From Amphiscolops sp. MND2022 (lineage: Eukaryota), in contig OZ076409.1 of assembly GCA_964187785.1 (NCBI GenBank), positions 33,978,001 to 34,042,000 on the forward strand: 64,000 nucleotides of DNA. The letters run 5' to 3'. The position numbers and the translations under genes are program-made. The notes under the pieces were generated by a model that was given only the letters and a program-made list of their open reading frames with translations, did no database searches and was not told the DNA's origin. Every line of letters begins with the position of its first letter. Within the stretch, counting starts at the first letter, position 1. Positions 13,264-27,983 of this stretch are shown here, in pieces.

Positions 13264-14015
13264 CTGAAACAAAAAACACAAATCAAGTTGTCATATTTTT
13301 TTCAGATTAAAAAACTACGGCTCTCTAAAACTTGTTAAAAGTCACAAAACCACTTGTTGGTAATAAAAACGTTAAAAGGTATGCAATTAAATTAACAAGT
13401 TGCGTTTTACGTAAGAAGCCGCAGATAAAAGAATTAATCGGACTAGTTAACAATAAATGGACAATCGAACTTACAAGTTCGCTCTTGAATTATTCATCAC
13501 AGAGACCTTTTTCATTTCAAGATGCAAAAACCGAATCCTGAAGATTTAATCAGGCGCGAAAACTGATGAGTAAAATGTATTCAAACTTGAGAAACGAATA
13601 AATTAAGCTCTTAAAATCAGAAAAAAAAGATAAAATAATAACAGTGCTTCAGGCTGAAAAGTTCGAATTTTGCACTAATTAACTTGCATTTATGGGTGCT
13701 GTAAATTATGTAAGAATCGAATAAACACATTTTCATCTGATATTGTAGTCATGTTGTACATATGTGAGAACTTCACTTGTTGCATCACGAGCAAAATTTT
13801 GACAAAATGGTGAAATTCGCATCTCATGATGAAAAAACTAATAGCAATAGCCAACGAAATCAAGGTGTTTCCTGGTTAAGCACTGTCCAAAGTATGACCT
13901 CAGGTGAAACCAATGCGTTGGCGTCTCATTGACCTGACCGCTGAACCGAGATTTGAACTCATGTTCAATTCCGTCTGTATATTCTATAATGTAAAGTTTG
14001 CAGGTGATGTAGTTG

Positions 14016-14464
14016 TTAGTCGGCGTTTTCAAAGAAAATCCCGACTCTTACAGTGGCTAGTTTTTTTTCGTCAGTTCAACGCGATCGGTCCACTTTTTTG
14101 TTCATTTGTTCAACTTCTTGGCCGACTAATTTTCTGGTGTCTGAGAAGCAGGAAGGCGTGGGTTCGATTCTCGCACTAAATCACAAATTTTTTTATGCTT
14201 CAAAAGTATAGTGGAGACCAAAGGCGACATTTTTCCGAAAAGTTTTGAATTTTATCAAAGCGTACCCCCTTGAATTTTTGAAGTTTTCGGTTTGTAACAA
14301 ACGTTTATTGAGCCTAAAGGGTCTTTTTTGGGGTTTTCGGCAATATGCGACTTTTTTTACCAAATACTTTTTTTGCAAAAAAATTCTAAATGGTTTCAAT
14401 TGTTGTTCCTTGAATATTTTTGAGCCTTAGATATGGCGCCGACTTGGGCCGTTCACGGCTTGTT
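14016..14464 (+). mobile_element. Helentron/HINE-like non-autonomous element
   Basis: 5' ttagtcggcg...ccgact. 3' gagccttagatatggcgccgact-tgg-gccgTTCAcggc-ttgtt. T-rich flanks and no TSD seen. Confidence 0.8.
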
Positions 14465-17400
14465 TCAGTTGGTTTGGACAGTTGGGTAGTTCCAACATCT
14501 ATGTCATGGATTGGAACCTTGAGATTGTTTCAGCTAACATAGCTGAAACAATCACAAGGTTTTTGTGAATAATAAACTTTTAATCATTACTTCCTTCACA
14601 ATAAATCAGCTAATGACAGATGATGCTACAGTGCCAAATATTTTTTGTGGTAATTGGGTTCTTACAAAAAACTTTGATTCATCATAGTTATAAACAGTAC
14701 TCTGTACAAGTCCTACTTGGACACAAGTTACTTGGAACTAAAAATACCTCAAAAAGTTCCAAAACGTGGCCTAATTTAAAATAATAACGATCATTAGCTC
14801 ATAATAGCTACCCTAGGACTATAACATACCGCATTCCGTATGTTACATAGAACTCATAAAACTATACAATGTAGCTGAAGATAAGTTGGTATCTCTTCCA
14901 GACTGGATACAAACATTAGTTTATGACTTCGGTTTAGCAGACTGTTTCTCTCTTCAGCAAAACTCAGATCAGTTGTCTTCATTTGTTACATATAAAAAGT
15001 TGCACTTTTGTTACACATTTTGTTACAATATCACAAGTATCAAAATTAGAACAAGGTCCGGAATACATATATGTTTTAATACATATAAATGATCGATCCC
15101 GTGAAAACTTTTCGCGATCCTTTTAAAATGTATGACAAATATTTTCCATGCAATACCTGACTTGCTGCAGTTTCGTGAAGAGCTGAATTTTGAGAAAAGA
15201 GAACACAGCTCTTAATGCCTGCAGGATGAATAGAAGTATATTTAGTCTCAACTTCATTGGAATATATTGTCTACGGAATAGATTAAAAACGCTATTGCCC
15301 AATGATCTCAAAAAACCGGGTCTTCTTAGGCTTCAGGACGATCCGCAGCCAAACGGCGGAATCACAAAAGACGGCTCTCAAATGTGGAATTTACTAAAAT
15401 GAGGCAATCAAGCTTTCCAGTCAGCTTAGTAGTAGCAGCCAAGAAAAGCAATTTCAAGAATTTCACTTGAACATGAGTGTAGTATAGTAGTACATATTTG
15501 ATGACCATTGTAATATGCAGACATTCCAATCGAGCGAAACCAAATACTTGTCAAGTGTTTACCAATACGACATACTAAAGTGCCAAATTTGGTATCGTTG
15601 GTACGAATAGGCCCCTTTCAGCTGATAGTACAACCGATTTTGTGTGTTCTTTTCATGCCTCACTGACCATCTTGCACTTGAGCTAAGTGCCTGGATATTT
15701 AGGATAAATAATCGCAGGGGACCGAAATGAGTAACCCACGATTTAGGTTAACACTCAATTTCGAACGTAAAATCACATTATTTCATCTTTCCTTTTATCG
15801 AAGTTATCGAAGAATTTGAACTGATCAAGGGGGGTTCTTCGGGGTTTCAAATAACAGTTTCAAATTTGACCTATCGGAAACTTTATGAAACTTGGGTCTA
15901 TGTTGAAAGTTCTTCAAAATTACTCGATTCGGAAAAATCATTTTGAAAGAACAAGTATAGCAGTCTGATATTGTTTTTAAAAAGTTGCATAGGTCGCAAA
16001 TATTCTCCAGCGCAAAAAGTTGACGCTTAATTTTTAATGTGGTCAATTTCCGACGTAAATGATTGCAAATGAAAGAAGCCATTTATTTGGTAAATTACAG
16101 CACATTTATTTATTGCTTTGGCTTGAGAAAGTTGCTTCACAACAACCGCCCAACAAGTTGAAAAAAAAAAACAATTTCAATCAGCTGTCAAAAAGATAAA
16201 CTGCGATTTGGTTTCTTTATTCTTCAAAATGAAAGACAAAATCTAGGGAGCCGCCATTTTCGGCATCAAATAAATGCAATGAATTGACGTTAATGAAAAT
16301 TTAAACTGCGAAAAAAACCTGGAATTTTCTTGATGTATCAGCTTTTTTAGCAGTTGCAAATTTGAGATGAATTGAATTTTTGCCGCTGAGTATAATTCGA
16401 TATGACATCTCTAAGAACCATTTAAACTAGTTATTACTTTCCGCCCACATTTCTATGAGAAAAAAATACTGAGCCGCTTTTTTCCCCAAGTTTTGCTATC
16501 CTCCCTCTTTAAACCCCAATGGTAGAGGTTTTTTAAAACAAAATTCAACTACCAGAAAAAAAATTCGTAGCACATGTATTTGTAAAAATATTTGAAGTTT
16601 TTCAGACAAAGTCAATAAAACGTTCCTGAAAATAACCCCAAAAACCAAATTTTCCCATTTTTGATGATTTTCAAGGAATTTTTGGTATCCGGTTCGAATC
16701 TCTCAATTTAAGTCTATCTAACAAGTCCTTCATTCCTATTGGGGTTTTTTATCACATTGTCCCGTTCGCAGAAATTTTATAATCTCGCATTTTCACAGAA
16801 GGATATACACAGTTGAACACATTATTGCAAAATCTCCAGAAACAAATTTGTGCCATGGCAGATAGACTCTGCAGCCGAAACAAACTAAGACAATCATGCA
16901 CGGAGAGTTGCGTATGGATCAGATGGAATTAAGTGTACTAATATTAACAAATTTACAGTTACTATTGAACTCTTATCGACAAGGCGTGGAAACGAACTTG
17001 TGAATTTGTTCAAGTAATTTTGTATATTTGTATTTATCTCCTACGTTTCAGTGTATAACTTCTAAATTACTAACTGCCGCAAACGAGCCTTCAATGCCGA
17101 TTGTAAGTTAGTTCATGGGCAATCTAATTCGATCAAGGGCTTCTCCTTAAACACATTAAAAGCTACGTCACTTGAATGCCCAAGACGTCACCCGCCGCAA
17201 ATTCACTCGAACCCGCTCCCGCCGGTCCGGCGGTCCCCTTTTACCTGTCGCACTTTAATAGGGGGACAATTAGTGATTTGCTTGTGGCCAAAGTTGTCAA
17301 AACAAGCGCACGTTTTGCACATGAAATAGTAATTTGTTTCTAAAACTGTGTACAAAATATAACCAACAAACATTATCCCCTCGAAACGATCAAATTTTTG

Positions 17401-20400
17401 TGGCGGCCGGTCTCGATTCGTTTGTTGTGTATTAGACACGGCGCAGTCTTGCCTCTACTGGGGATAGGGACCTGGGAGAACAAGGGATAGTGAGGGAGAG
17501 CTGCAGCGAGGGCTACAACATAGGTGCCTACTCAGCACAGGTGGCGATAAGCGTCTCTGCTTAGAGTAGTTTGGCAATAGATTTAAGCACAGCGTTTGTT
17601 TATCCCGCGCCTAAATGTGTGTGACTACTCAATCCCGGCTCAGAGCGGGAAGTACGGGGAGACCTTTTAATCAGGTAGACAAAAGTCTGTGGCCAATAAT
17701 CAACTCACTAATCCTTATTTTATTGAAGCATTTCAACTTAACTAAACCCATCTGTGAAACACGTTTTTATACAGATCCAGCCGTAAATACCACCTCGCTA
17801 TTTTCAACAGACTCGCCCTACCGTTATGTGAATACTTGATAACACCAACGAAAATTTATACAACACCCAATAAAAACGTTATGAATGATTTATTATAATA
17901 ACTTATAAGTTCGTTCATTAAACGCCAAAAGATGACATTTTTTAAAGAATACCCCGACATCTGAGTACAGCTTCCAAAAAGGACAAACTGAACTATCTTA
18001 TTCTACGGCTGAAAAAAAACGTCATGATTGCATAACGAACAACTGAGTCTCTGTGACTGTTTTGGGACTCTTGCATGGATTTTTGATGACTCTATTAGAA
18101 GGAGACAAAAGGAAATTTGTTGGCTGGAATTGCGATTTTCACCTGGACTGCTTTTCTGCTTTAAGTGGTTCAAAGATCACCTATAACGCAATTAGCCCTT
18201 GAAAGGTTACAAAAATTGGAGGAACAATGACACGGTACAATTGAATTACAGCAATTGAATTGTGCAGCTATCGCATGTAATGTCACTGCACAGAGGCGAG
18301 ACAAGCTTACAAAGACAGGTAAATGATGGATAATTGATTGGCCCATTCACGTCTGTTGCTCCTGCTTGGCAGCCATTTTAATCCATTTTCCTTATCGCCA
18401 GGCCATTGCTTGTGACAAGCCCCGTGGAGAAACGATCCGGGGTTCCGCTGTTCTCTAACTCCGGTACACGCAGGCCCATTCCGTAGATAAGCGGTACGGG
18501 AAAACATCGATTTTTAAAACACCCTCGTCTCAAAAGCCACTAACTTCACGGGTTCATCGTCCACGTTGAAATGCGCAATAAGTACTGAATGTACTGAATA
18601 TAAAATTTCACCCGGAAAACCTCTCAATCTTATCAACAAGCTGGTCTAACGGTAACGCTGCAAACTTTTTCGGATGAATCATTTGGCTAATTTTTATGTA
18701 ACTTTTTTCACTGTTTTTTGGGAATTTTGAAGACTTTCAAAATTTTAGCATGGCCGAAGTTTCTAAACGTATCTGTAAGCACCAAACCGTGCTGCAAAAA
18801 AAAACTGTATACATTGTTATACAAAATCTATTTCCAAAGCCAACTTCAGCATTCCTGCATTCGTATGCATTCCAATTCACTCAGAACAAGACTTAATTTG
18901 CAAAAATCAGATTCATATTCAGCTGAAAACAGATAGCAAATAGGTCTCGCACAACAGAAGTTCAAGCGACGCTCTCAACGATCGGCTTATTTCTATAAAA
19001 TATAAAACAAGAGACTCGTTTGTTGAGTATCCTTAGCAACAAACCTCCAAGACAAAGAGCGTTCGGCTTCCAAAATCCGCAAAGAGGATAAACGAAACAG
19101 GTGTAGGACAAAAGCGCAAATCCGATTAGTTCCTTGTAACTCGGTCTGTATTTGAATTTCAATATCAAAACTGACACACTTTTGAGGCCATGTGGCGATT
19201 CCAGATGTCACACAAAACTGCCAAATTTGACCGCAAAAAAAGGTCATTTTTCGCATTTACAAAAAAGGTCGGTATACATACGTCTAACGTACATTTCCAA
19301 ATCGTTTTAAACAAAAAATGACTGTACATGATTTGTATGATTTGTTTGGTTACTGTTCGAAAACTAGAATGAAACTCCTTGATATTTTGATAGGATTGGA
19401 ATAATGCCAAGCTGATATAACGTTAATTTCCACATGAAGTCGTTGGGAAATTGGGATATTTTTCTATACATTTTTGAAACTTCTCTTCCTCTGAATTGCA
19501 TTTTTTAATAATTCTCCAACTACAAAACATTAGCAGCCGGGCAACTGTGACTTCAAATACATTCCTAGTGTTCTTCTTGACAGCTATTACTGCAGTGAAT
19601 TAAATTCCCACACCTCACATGCTTAGTGGCAGTTGCGAATTTGGCTCCCACTGAGCTTGTTTTACACCCTGGGGGTACCAACACTGGACAGGGTGACAGA
19701 CACTCTGGAATAGCTGGAACTCACTGGGACTAAATTCCAGCGCAGTGAACGGAATACATACATAGTCCAAAGTCGTTATGTGTTTATCCAGACCTTGCAC
19801 AGTCACAATTCAGCTAGTCCGAAAGAGGATTAGTGAATATTCGAAACAGCTACGAAGCCTCTTGATCCTGAATTGATTGTAATCTTGGTGATCCAGGGTT
19901 CAAACAAGAGTAACTTTTGACATTTTGTCACCCCTAAAATCACCTCCAACATATGGAGAGATCTGCAGCAATCTTCAACGTCAGCAACTGGCAGTGCAAG
20001 TTTGGCTAACTTGCACTAATGTGAGTCACACATCGGGTTAACTACCGTTTGAAATCTAACTTACACGCTTATTGATGAACTTTTTTAATGTTGAGTTTTC
20101 CGACCATGAAAATTAAATCATGAAAGATTCCAGTAAAATCCTTTTTTGAGCCGAGATTATGAAGAAACCTTCATTAACGAGGAATGACTATTATCTGGAA
20201 TAATTTAATATGCATTCAAACTGATAAGCAAGTATTATATATGCAATCAATTTTTCATATATGGTCATCCTGTTGACGCACACGAATGAACTTTCCCTAG
20301 ATTAAAATATTGGATAAAAATGAGAATTATAAGGGCAATTTTCTTGAAAATATATTAGGAATCAGCATTCACTTGAAATCAACAATCAGTTTCACTTGAA

Positions 20401-21280
20401 ATAGAGTAGATTCCATAATGTCATAGTATAAACTAGCATTTAAAAACGAGTTCATATTATTTGTCTTTCTTATTTCTCACGAAGCCTATCTTGATACATC
20501 TAAGAACTTGAATGGCTCCTGGCTGAAAATCGAATAAAATTGTGATGTTTATTTTGCGAGAAAAAGTAATCAGCCTTCGTCCGATGCAGTTGACCTCCAT
20601 TTCATCCACCTTTGAAAAATTTCCAAACCTGAGAAAGTTGCCTTCAAAGACTTCGTAGGGAAAAATTTGCAGAACTCAACTTGCTGCAGAAAAATCGATC
20701 TCAGGTTCTTGCTCATTTACTGTTTACTCAAGCAATAAAAGTAAAATCTATCTTTCAGCGGCAATTCTTGGAAACCGGGATTATTGCAAAAAAGATTGCT
20801 TTGATCCTGGGAAAAGTAAACACCGATAAACGCCGCCCAGGTGCACAGAAGCAAAGGAGAAAAGTCTGGGTTATAGTTAACTCGACCCCCTACCTTATAC
20901 ACCGAGTCCAATTATAAGCCATTTCAGCCCGCCCTACATAAAAAACTTTGCTTCGGTTTTGGTTGTACAGAATCTTCCATTAATCAATTTCTTCGCCATT
21001 TTTTTAAATCATTTTCGTCTCTCTCGTTTTGGAAATAAAATAAAGTTGATTGCTGAAAAAGATTATTGCGAAAAAATCCCAGGGGTTCCAGAATATCAAG
21101 TAGAGTTCTCACATGGAGTCGATGCTACTCGAAATAGGGGTTGAATACCTTCCAATGAGATACCCAATGTACTTCGGGTTTCACGACTAGCTAGAAGCTT
21201 TCATTTTTGCAGGAACTTTAGTAACTATTTGATTTTGATGCCGCGGGCTTGATTCTCTCGCGTTTTGCTCTAACTATGTT

Positions 21281-21749
21281 TTTAGTCGGCGCTTTTCTAG
21301 AGAAAAGTGCCCGACTCTTACAGTGAGTAGTTTTTTTTTTTTTTGTTTTTTTTCAGTTGACAATCTCACTCTGAGTGGTCCACTTTTCTTACAATTCTTA
21401 CAATTTTCAAAATCTTACAATTATTACTTAGCAAAATTAAAATACTGGCGCAAAAGTAGTTTTTATATCATCTAAGGGTCCCCAAAGGGTATTTTCGGCA
21501 CTGTGCGACTTTTTTTCGAAAAAATTTTTATTGTTCCAAAAGGGTCCCCCCTTCGAGTTTTTTCATATTTTGCAACTGAATGTATGTTAATACATCACAA
21601 AGGGTCCCCCCTTTTACATTTTTCGGCACTATGCGACTTTTTTTGAAAGAAATTTTTTTTTCAAAAATTCATGTTTTTTTCCAAAAATTTTTTTTTTACG
21701 CTTTTTGAGCCTTAGATATGGCGCCGACTTTGGACGTTCTCGTCTTGTT
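21281..21749 (+). mobile_element. Helentron/HINE-like non-autonomous element
   Basis: Same termini; 3' hairpin gacgTTCTcgtc; internal repeated aaagggtcccccc units. Confidence 0.8.
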
Positions 21750-24700
21750 TATCTAGAATCACTGAAGTCAATGTGAAATTCTCGATTCCTTCAATCAAAT
21801 ACGTGAGAACCCTGTTCGAGTTGTTTTACAGAGCAACCTGCTTCAATTGTAATTCACATGATGAAAACTACATGTATACTGTAGTTAGTTATTCGAGTTA
21901 TTTCAGCCGAGATTCTTTTGGAAAGTGGTTATTTTATAATGAAACAAATGTAAGAGCTCATACACCGTATGCCTTCTAATCTTTGATTGATTGCTTATAA
22001 TCGGTAAAATCGCGGCCGGTATTTTTCTCAAGGGTTTAATTGACAGAAGGCATGAAGTACAATTCAAAGTATCAGCGGGTCCAAATGTTATTTTTTTCTC
22101 ACCATAGTCGACTGAATTTAAAACTTTTTGTTAAAACTAGCTAATGAGTCGATCAAGAGCGCTTGAGAAGTTGTCAAGATTTAATGGGGTGTCAAAAGAT
22201 GCAGATTTCACACTTGAACAAGAGAATACTAAATGCCCCGGGTGGACAGGGGGCCAAATAAGAGGGTACTTTTACTCAACTCGAGTCAAAGTCCGCTTCT
22301 GATGATCGCCAAAATATTTTGAATGAATTTAAAATGAATCACGATAGGCCAGGGTTTTTTAATTTTTAAATCTTGTTGGAGAAAAATCGGAATATTTATG
22401 AACTACTTGGAATAGAAATTGAATCTTGAAATGTTAATATTTTCCACTCATTACTGAATAATTTACCACGAAAAACTTTCTTTCGTTAGCTAGATATTGC
22501 TTCGAAAGTTTTATTGAATTGGTGGGTCAAAATATGCTGTAAGTAAGTTCATGTTAATGTATACTGTACTCCATCAATGTAAGAAAAACTAATACCGAAG
22601 GAAATAAATTCTTTTCCTAGATTATCCATTTCAAACTGATTCAAGTTTCAAAATAAAGATTTTAAAATGTTTGAACTGCAATCTCCACAACAAAAAAGCG
22701 TTAAACGACTTCTATTTGTAGGCTCGAAGCCTGTCAAAACAATTACGACTGTTTTTCTTTTGCGTCATATTTTCCGGTTTTTGAAAGACTTCTTGTGATT
22801 TATGAAAGTTTTCGTTCCGTCCATTTTATGGAAGCGTTGTTTCTCCGGATGGAGATAATGGAACGATAATTGAATAGAAACACAGGTAGTGTAAACGTCA
22901 TCAAAAAATTTGACGCAATAAAAAGAAGCTGTAAGTAAAAACTATTTCTTCTCGAGATCGAGGCACAAAAGGATGCCATTCTTTTAGCAAAGTGAAAAAC
23001 ATCCGTCGATAATCAAAACCTTTTCATGAAGTACAAGAAAAATGTAATGATTGTATTTTGTCTCAAGTAGTGAACTCGATTGACATTCGATCGGCAAAGA
23101 AGAGGACCAGAAAAAAGGAAAATTATTTCAGTTTTCCCTCTCAGAAAAACGTTCTACGAAAAGTGACTTCGCTTTCCTGCGGCAATGAATGTCCAGTAGA
23201 CTTTTTGAGTTGCAACAACTAACGTGTGAAAAAATCTTTGTCTGGGGTTATTTCTCAACTTGCATTACCAAGCAACCCTTTCATGTGTTGATTTATAACA
23301 CAGCTCTAATCTCGTCCAAAAACTCGGCTTTGCTTAAACCCAAATTTCTTTGTTCTAAATTTGTCCTCAGAATTTTCTCATGTCGAATATCAAATAAACT
23401 TTAGAACTTCTTATGATATCTGTTTCATTAAACGAACTGATTCCCAAGCACTGTTAACTCTAACTCTAGCCAGTTTTCAAATTCGTCTTTTAATGCTTCC
23501 TGGCAGCAAGGGCGGCAAGTTTCAAGGTTTTATCTCGACATATCTGTATTGAAAACATTTTCATGTGATTCCTCGAATAAGCGACAACTAGACAAAAAAG
23601 AGAATTGTTTGTGTGCACAAATGAAGTTGCCCATTGCACTTTGCTTTCAGCCAGTTTGCTTTCACAACAACTTCTCGACTTGTAATAAAATATGACTACA
23701 TTTGCTGCCCTACGAAGAGGTCGCAATAACTGAAATATTTTGCTTTCATTGGAAATCCTGCCGGGAACGCCGTAGATAGAAAACAGCGAAAAACGTCAAG
23801 AGGGAAATCTTATCAACAGGAGGATCAAAAATCCAACAGGTGGCAAGTATTTGGCGCTTCAAAAACCGAGGTGATTAAATCACCCCAACATTACAGAGTG
23901 AAGCTTTTATAAACTTTTATTTTGGAATGAAATAGACCGTTTTGACTTTCAACAATTCCTGTACTTCTTTGGTTGAGGCAAAACATAATTGAACTTCCCG
24001 TGAAAGTAAGTTTGTGGAAATTATTTTGGCTCTCTATCCGGAAACTGCAGAAACCATGAAGATATTGGGTTCCAGAAAAAGTACCAGTTTCAACAACCAA
24101 ATTTCAAGGCCGCGTAATGTGAAAAGCTTGTGGACCTTGGAATACCTTCAAAACTTCTTACACAAAAAAATTTCAACAAAAGAAAGTGAAATTGTTTCAG
24201 ATAGATTCAGTTTGAAAACTTAGCAGAACATTCAAACTAATTTTTCACAAAGATGAATGGGAAAAACTGGGTCAGATTATCCGAAAAAGGTAAATTTGGG
24301 TGAAAGGTGACGACTACTCAGTGTTTTGAAACTGCAACAACAAAAGTGTGGAGATACGTAGTTGCAAATAAAATTAGAAAGCAATAACTTTCTTGCATTA
24401 TTGGTAGTGGCTAGGGGGACACTATCAGGGGGTTCAAACAAGTAGGCAAGAACTAGGGGTTGAAAAATTAGTTGCTCATATTAGCCTCAGTTAATTAGAC
24501 GTATAGATAAGTCACTTAGTTAAAGCCAATCAATCTTGAATTTCAACTTGAATTCGTCATATTTATATAAAAGAGCCGGAAATTCAGTTGGAATTGACGC
24601 AAAAGGCGACACAAAAGTATACTCGAAAGTTTGGAGTCTTTAACAGACCTTAGACGGCTGGACGGTGAGATGCAATCTTTCGAAGCAATTATCAAATTAT

Positions 24701-25012
24701 TTCTATGTAGGTGAAACGAAAACACAGCACTCCTCACCTTTGTGAGTGAAATGAAGCGAGAACCGAATGACGATGAACAACTTAATTCTGTGACTGACAG
24801 TTTCAGACTGCTAGTATAAATGTTTTAATGCAGTTGATACATATTTTTCGCCACAAGAGAGCCACGTAGGAGAAAAAGTGACACCTGCTGTAACTTAATA
24901 CAAAATCCATTTTTTCAGATCACAAAAGCTTGTCACCCACAAACATTTGTCACCCAGAAGCTTGTCGTCCAACCCTCCTGACTCACCAACCACACAGCCC
25001 AAAAAAGATCCA

Positions 25013-25422
25013 GGCTCTTTTCTGTTTTCCCCCCCACCACCAATAATTTTTTTGGAAAATTAATGAAAATCTTATATTAAAAGATTTGAATACCAACCAG
25101 AAAGCTTCAATTTAAAATTTATTCTCAGTGTGACAGGTTAGGATTCAAATACAAACTTTGTTCACTCTTTTTCCGTATGCAGTCACGCTTTTTTTGATGA
25201 AAAAATCAACAGCTTCCTGTTTTGATTCATCAATAAACACTTAATACGAACATAATTAGAGTCAAAATGTGTGAACAATGTTTTGTTCAAGCTAAAAATT
25301 GTTCCAATAGACGTTAACTTCCCGTCATGAAACATGTTTTACTTTTAATTAGGCTAGTCTAAAGTTTTTTAGGGAATTTCTTTCAAAAATTTTGATGGTG
25401 GGGGGGAAAACAGAAAAGAGCC
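25013..25422. mobile_element. MITE, probably Merlin superfamily
   Basis: TIR ggctcttttctgttttcccccccacca / tggtgggggggaaaacagaaaagagcc. Perfect 8-bp TSD aagatcca at 25005-25012 and 25423-25430. GG termini. Confidence 0.85.
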
Positions 25423-25795
25423 AAGATCCAAAACTTGCGGTCAAAATTGGTGGATATTTTAGCAAAATTCAAATCTTGTTCAAGCAGTGTTTTCCGAAAC
25501 TCGTTTTTATACAAGCACCGTAAACTTGCTTTAAACAACAAACGATTCCATTTCTATTCCGAAAGCTATCTCACTTCACAAGTACTACTTCGAGAGATCC
25601 ATCAGCTAAACGTTTTCACGCTGTTTTTCGTTTTTGGTCAATTAACTTGCAGAAGCAAAATTTTCTTTGTCTATGAGTAATGTTTGAGCCAAAGACCTCC
25701 TGGCAAACATTGGAATATTGAGATGGCAGCCGTTTGCTTCATTTAAGTGAATCAGACTCGGTTCTTTTCTGAACCTCCCCCCCTGCAATTTTTTC

Positions 25796-25911
25796 GGAAA
25801 TGATGAAATTTCAAAAAGGAAAGGGCTGATTTTATGAAACTGATCACTGCAGTACTGCAGTTATCAGTTTCATAAAATCAGCCCTTTCCTTTTTGAAGTT
25901 TCATCATTTCC
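25796..25911. repeat. 116-bp spacer-less palindrome (two mismatched pairs)
   Basis: Centre ctgcagt|actgcag at 25853/25854; arms ggaaatgatgaaa... and ...tttcatcatttcc. Confidence 0.92.
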
Positions 25912-27983
25912 ACGTGGCATTCTCGCCTAGCAAAGAGTCTCAATCGCAAGCGTTTGAACTTGAGAATTTTTGCTACATTCAACTGATACTTTTTCCATTA
26001 GAATGCTACCAAGAAAAATATCACGAATTGCATGATGTAGTTAGAAATCTTTTTGCAACCAATTTTCCGGAAAAAGTAAGCTTCAAAAACAAAACTTTTA
26101 AAACTCTTAAGTTTTAATATGGTATAAGCGTCAACATTGGCTCAAACATTCACCTAAAAAGTGAGCAAACGTTTTTCCTCCCTCCGAAATGAAATGTACA
26201 AGTGACATTTTCGCTTTCAAAGAGCTACATTATTATAGAATTGCCCTTGTTGAAATTGCTAGAACTTTTTGCATGCACTTTAATGTTGCCAGCAACTTTT
26301 TCAAATGATTTTCCAAAACACTTTCTGAAATAGAATTGCAACGTCTCTGAGAAAGTTGCGACTATTTTTTTTACACTTATTACAATAAATTAGCGCTGAC
26401 GAGAATACTTAATAATGAATTTTCAGCAGGAAATTTTAGAAATTAATAGCTGCTAGTAAATTAGAGGAAATTTTCCCGTGGTTTTTAGATAGGTTGCTGC
26501 GTGATATTTTGACGGTTTCAACATAAAATTGGAAGAATACAAGTGTAGTTATCATCATTAAACAATTAATAATCTGTATTACTAACCGACTTCAGCCCAA
26601 GTTGAGGATACAATAAAGAGAGTAAGAAAAGTTAGAAAGATTTTCCTTTCAATTCCACACACAGCTGTAAGAATGGAAAGACTTTTATCATTCAGGGAAC
26701 AACACATTTTGCAACTTCGTTGACACTAGGCTGCAAGTGTGAAAAGTTGTAACTATTGCGCAATCTTACTATCCAGATTCACGTTGACTTCTTGATATCT
26801 CAGAACTTTTAGGCAACGATTGCGTAATTGTTATACTAAAATGACTAATTTGAATGTAATGTTTGTTGCAGTAAATTAAAATTGTTTTTCAAGAATTTAG
26901 GAAAGTCAGCTATGTTAATTGACGCTCAATTAGTTGAGATTGAACGTTTCTTGTTGATTTCTTCTGAAGTTTATTATTTCTTCAACAGTAGAACTCTCTT
27001 CTGAATAATAAAATTAGCTCCACTGCGCAAGACAAAATCACCGCGGCTGATAAGTTCTCTAACCTATTTCATAATCAATACTCAGCTCTGATTGGCTGAA
27101 ATTTCATTCTTTCTTACTTCAGCTGCTTTGTTCAGCGTTTCTTCAGAAGAAATTGCAGATTTTTTTCTGTAAGATTTTCTTTTCAGCATGGAATTCCAGA
27201 CAAGGTCCTCTTATTTGGGAGTCCTATGAAAAACATGGCTATACTCTGGATAATTTCTCACTATATATGCACACCCGAGGCGATCAAATTCGCGGAATTG
27301 TACGAAAAATGCAATACAGCTCAACAATTTTTCCAGTTTATTTTGGGATGTTGGCAGCAAGGATGTTCAATAAAAAAATTGGAATTAAATTGCATCCTGC
27401 ATGTCAGTTATTATTATTGCTGACATTGAAAATAAATTATTGCAATAATTTAAATTATTGACCATCATGATATAACAATATCATAAAGAGCTTAAGCATT
27501 GTTCTATCGAAGATACATCCCAGTAACTTCTGTTCATTAAAAAAAATTGACTCTCCAAATTAACAGGGGTTATTCTTTTTTCTGTAATCTGTGTAAAGAC
27601 TTCTCACAATGCTGAATATTCCTATTGGCTGACAAAATTCATGAAGGATAACTGAATTGGCGCACGCTCGTTTAACCCTAAATGGACCATGGTACGATTT
27701 CCCACCAGTTAAATTCTGCAAACTTCTTTTTTTTTCTTGTTTATCAGATGTCATGGATCCTCGTCATCAATCAAGTGCCATGTGTATCATCATGTTGGGG
27801 GGAGAAGACACACACCACAACCGTGGTCTGCAACGAAAGTAGGGAACCCCATACCAGCCACTATCCCAGTAGACCAGTAGCAAAAAGAAACAACCAACAA
27901 ACTACTCATACCAGCCACTATCCCAGTCGACCGGTAGAATTTTCTTTAAAGCTGCAATGATAAAGAGGTTTAAAAAAAATTAG

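Noticed and set aside
15156..15257. Signal-peptide-like MKLRLNILLFILQALRAVFS as Eph exon 1
   Set aside because: The available GT donors are phase 0 or 2, but the next exon needs phase 1; unresolved without transcripts.
19615..19806. Possible exon in GC-richer DNA upstream of Eph
   Set aside because: No recognisable domain or convincing splice pair.
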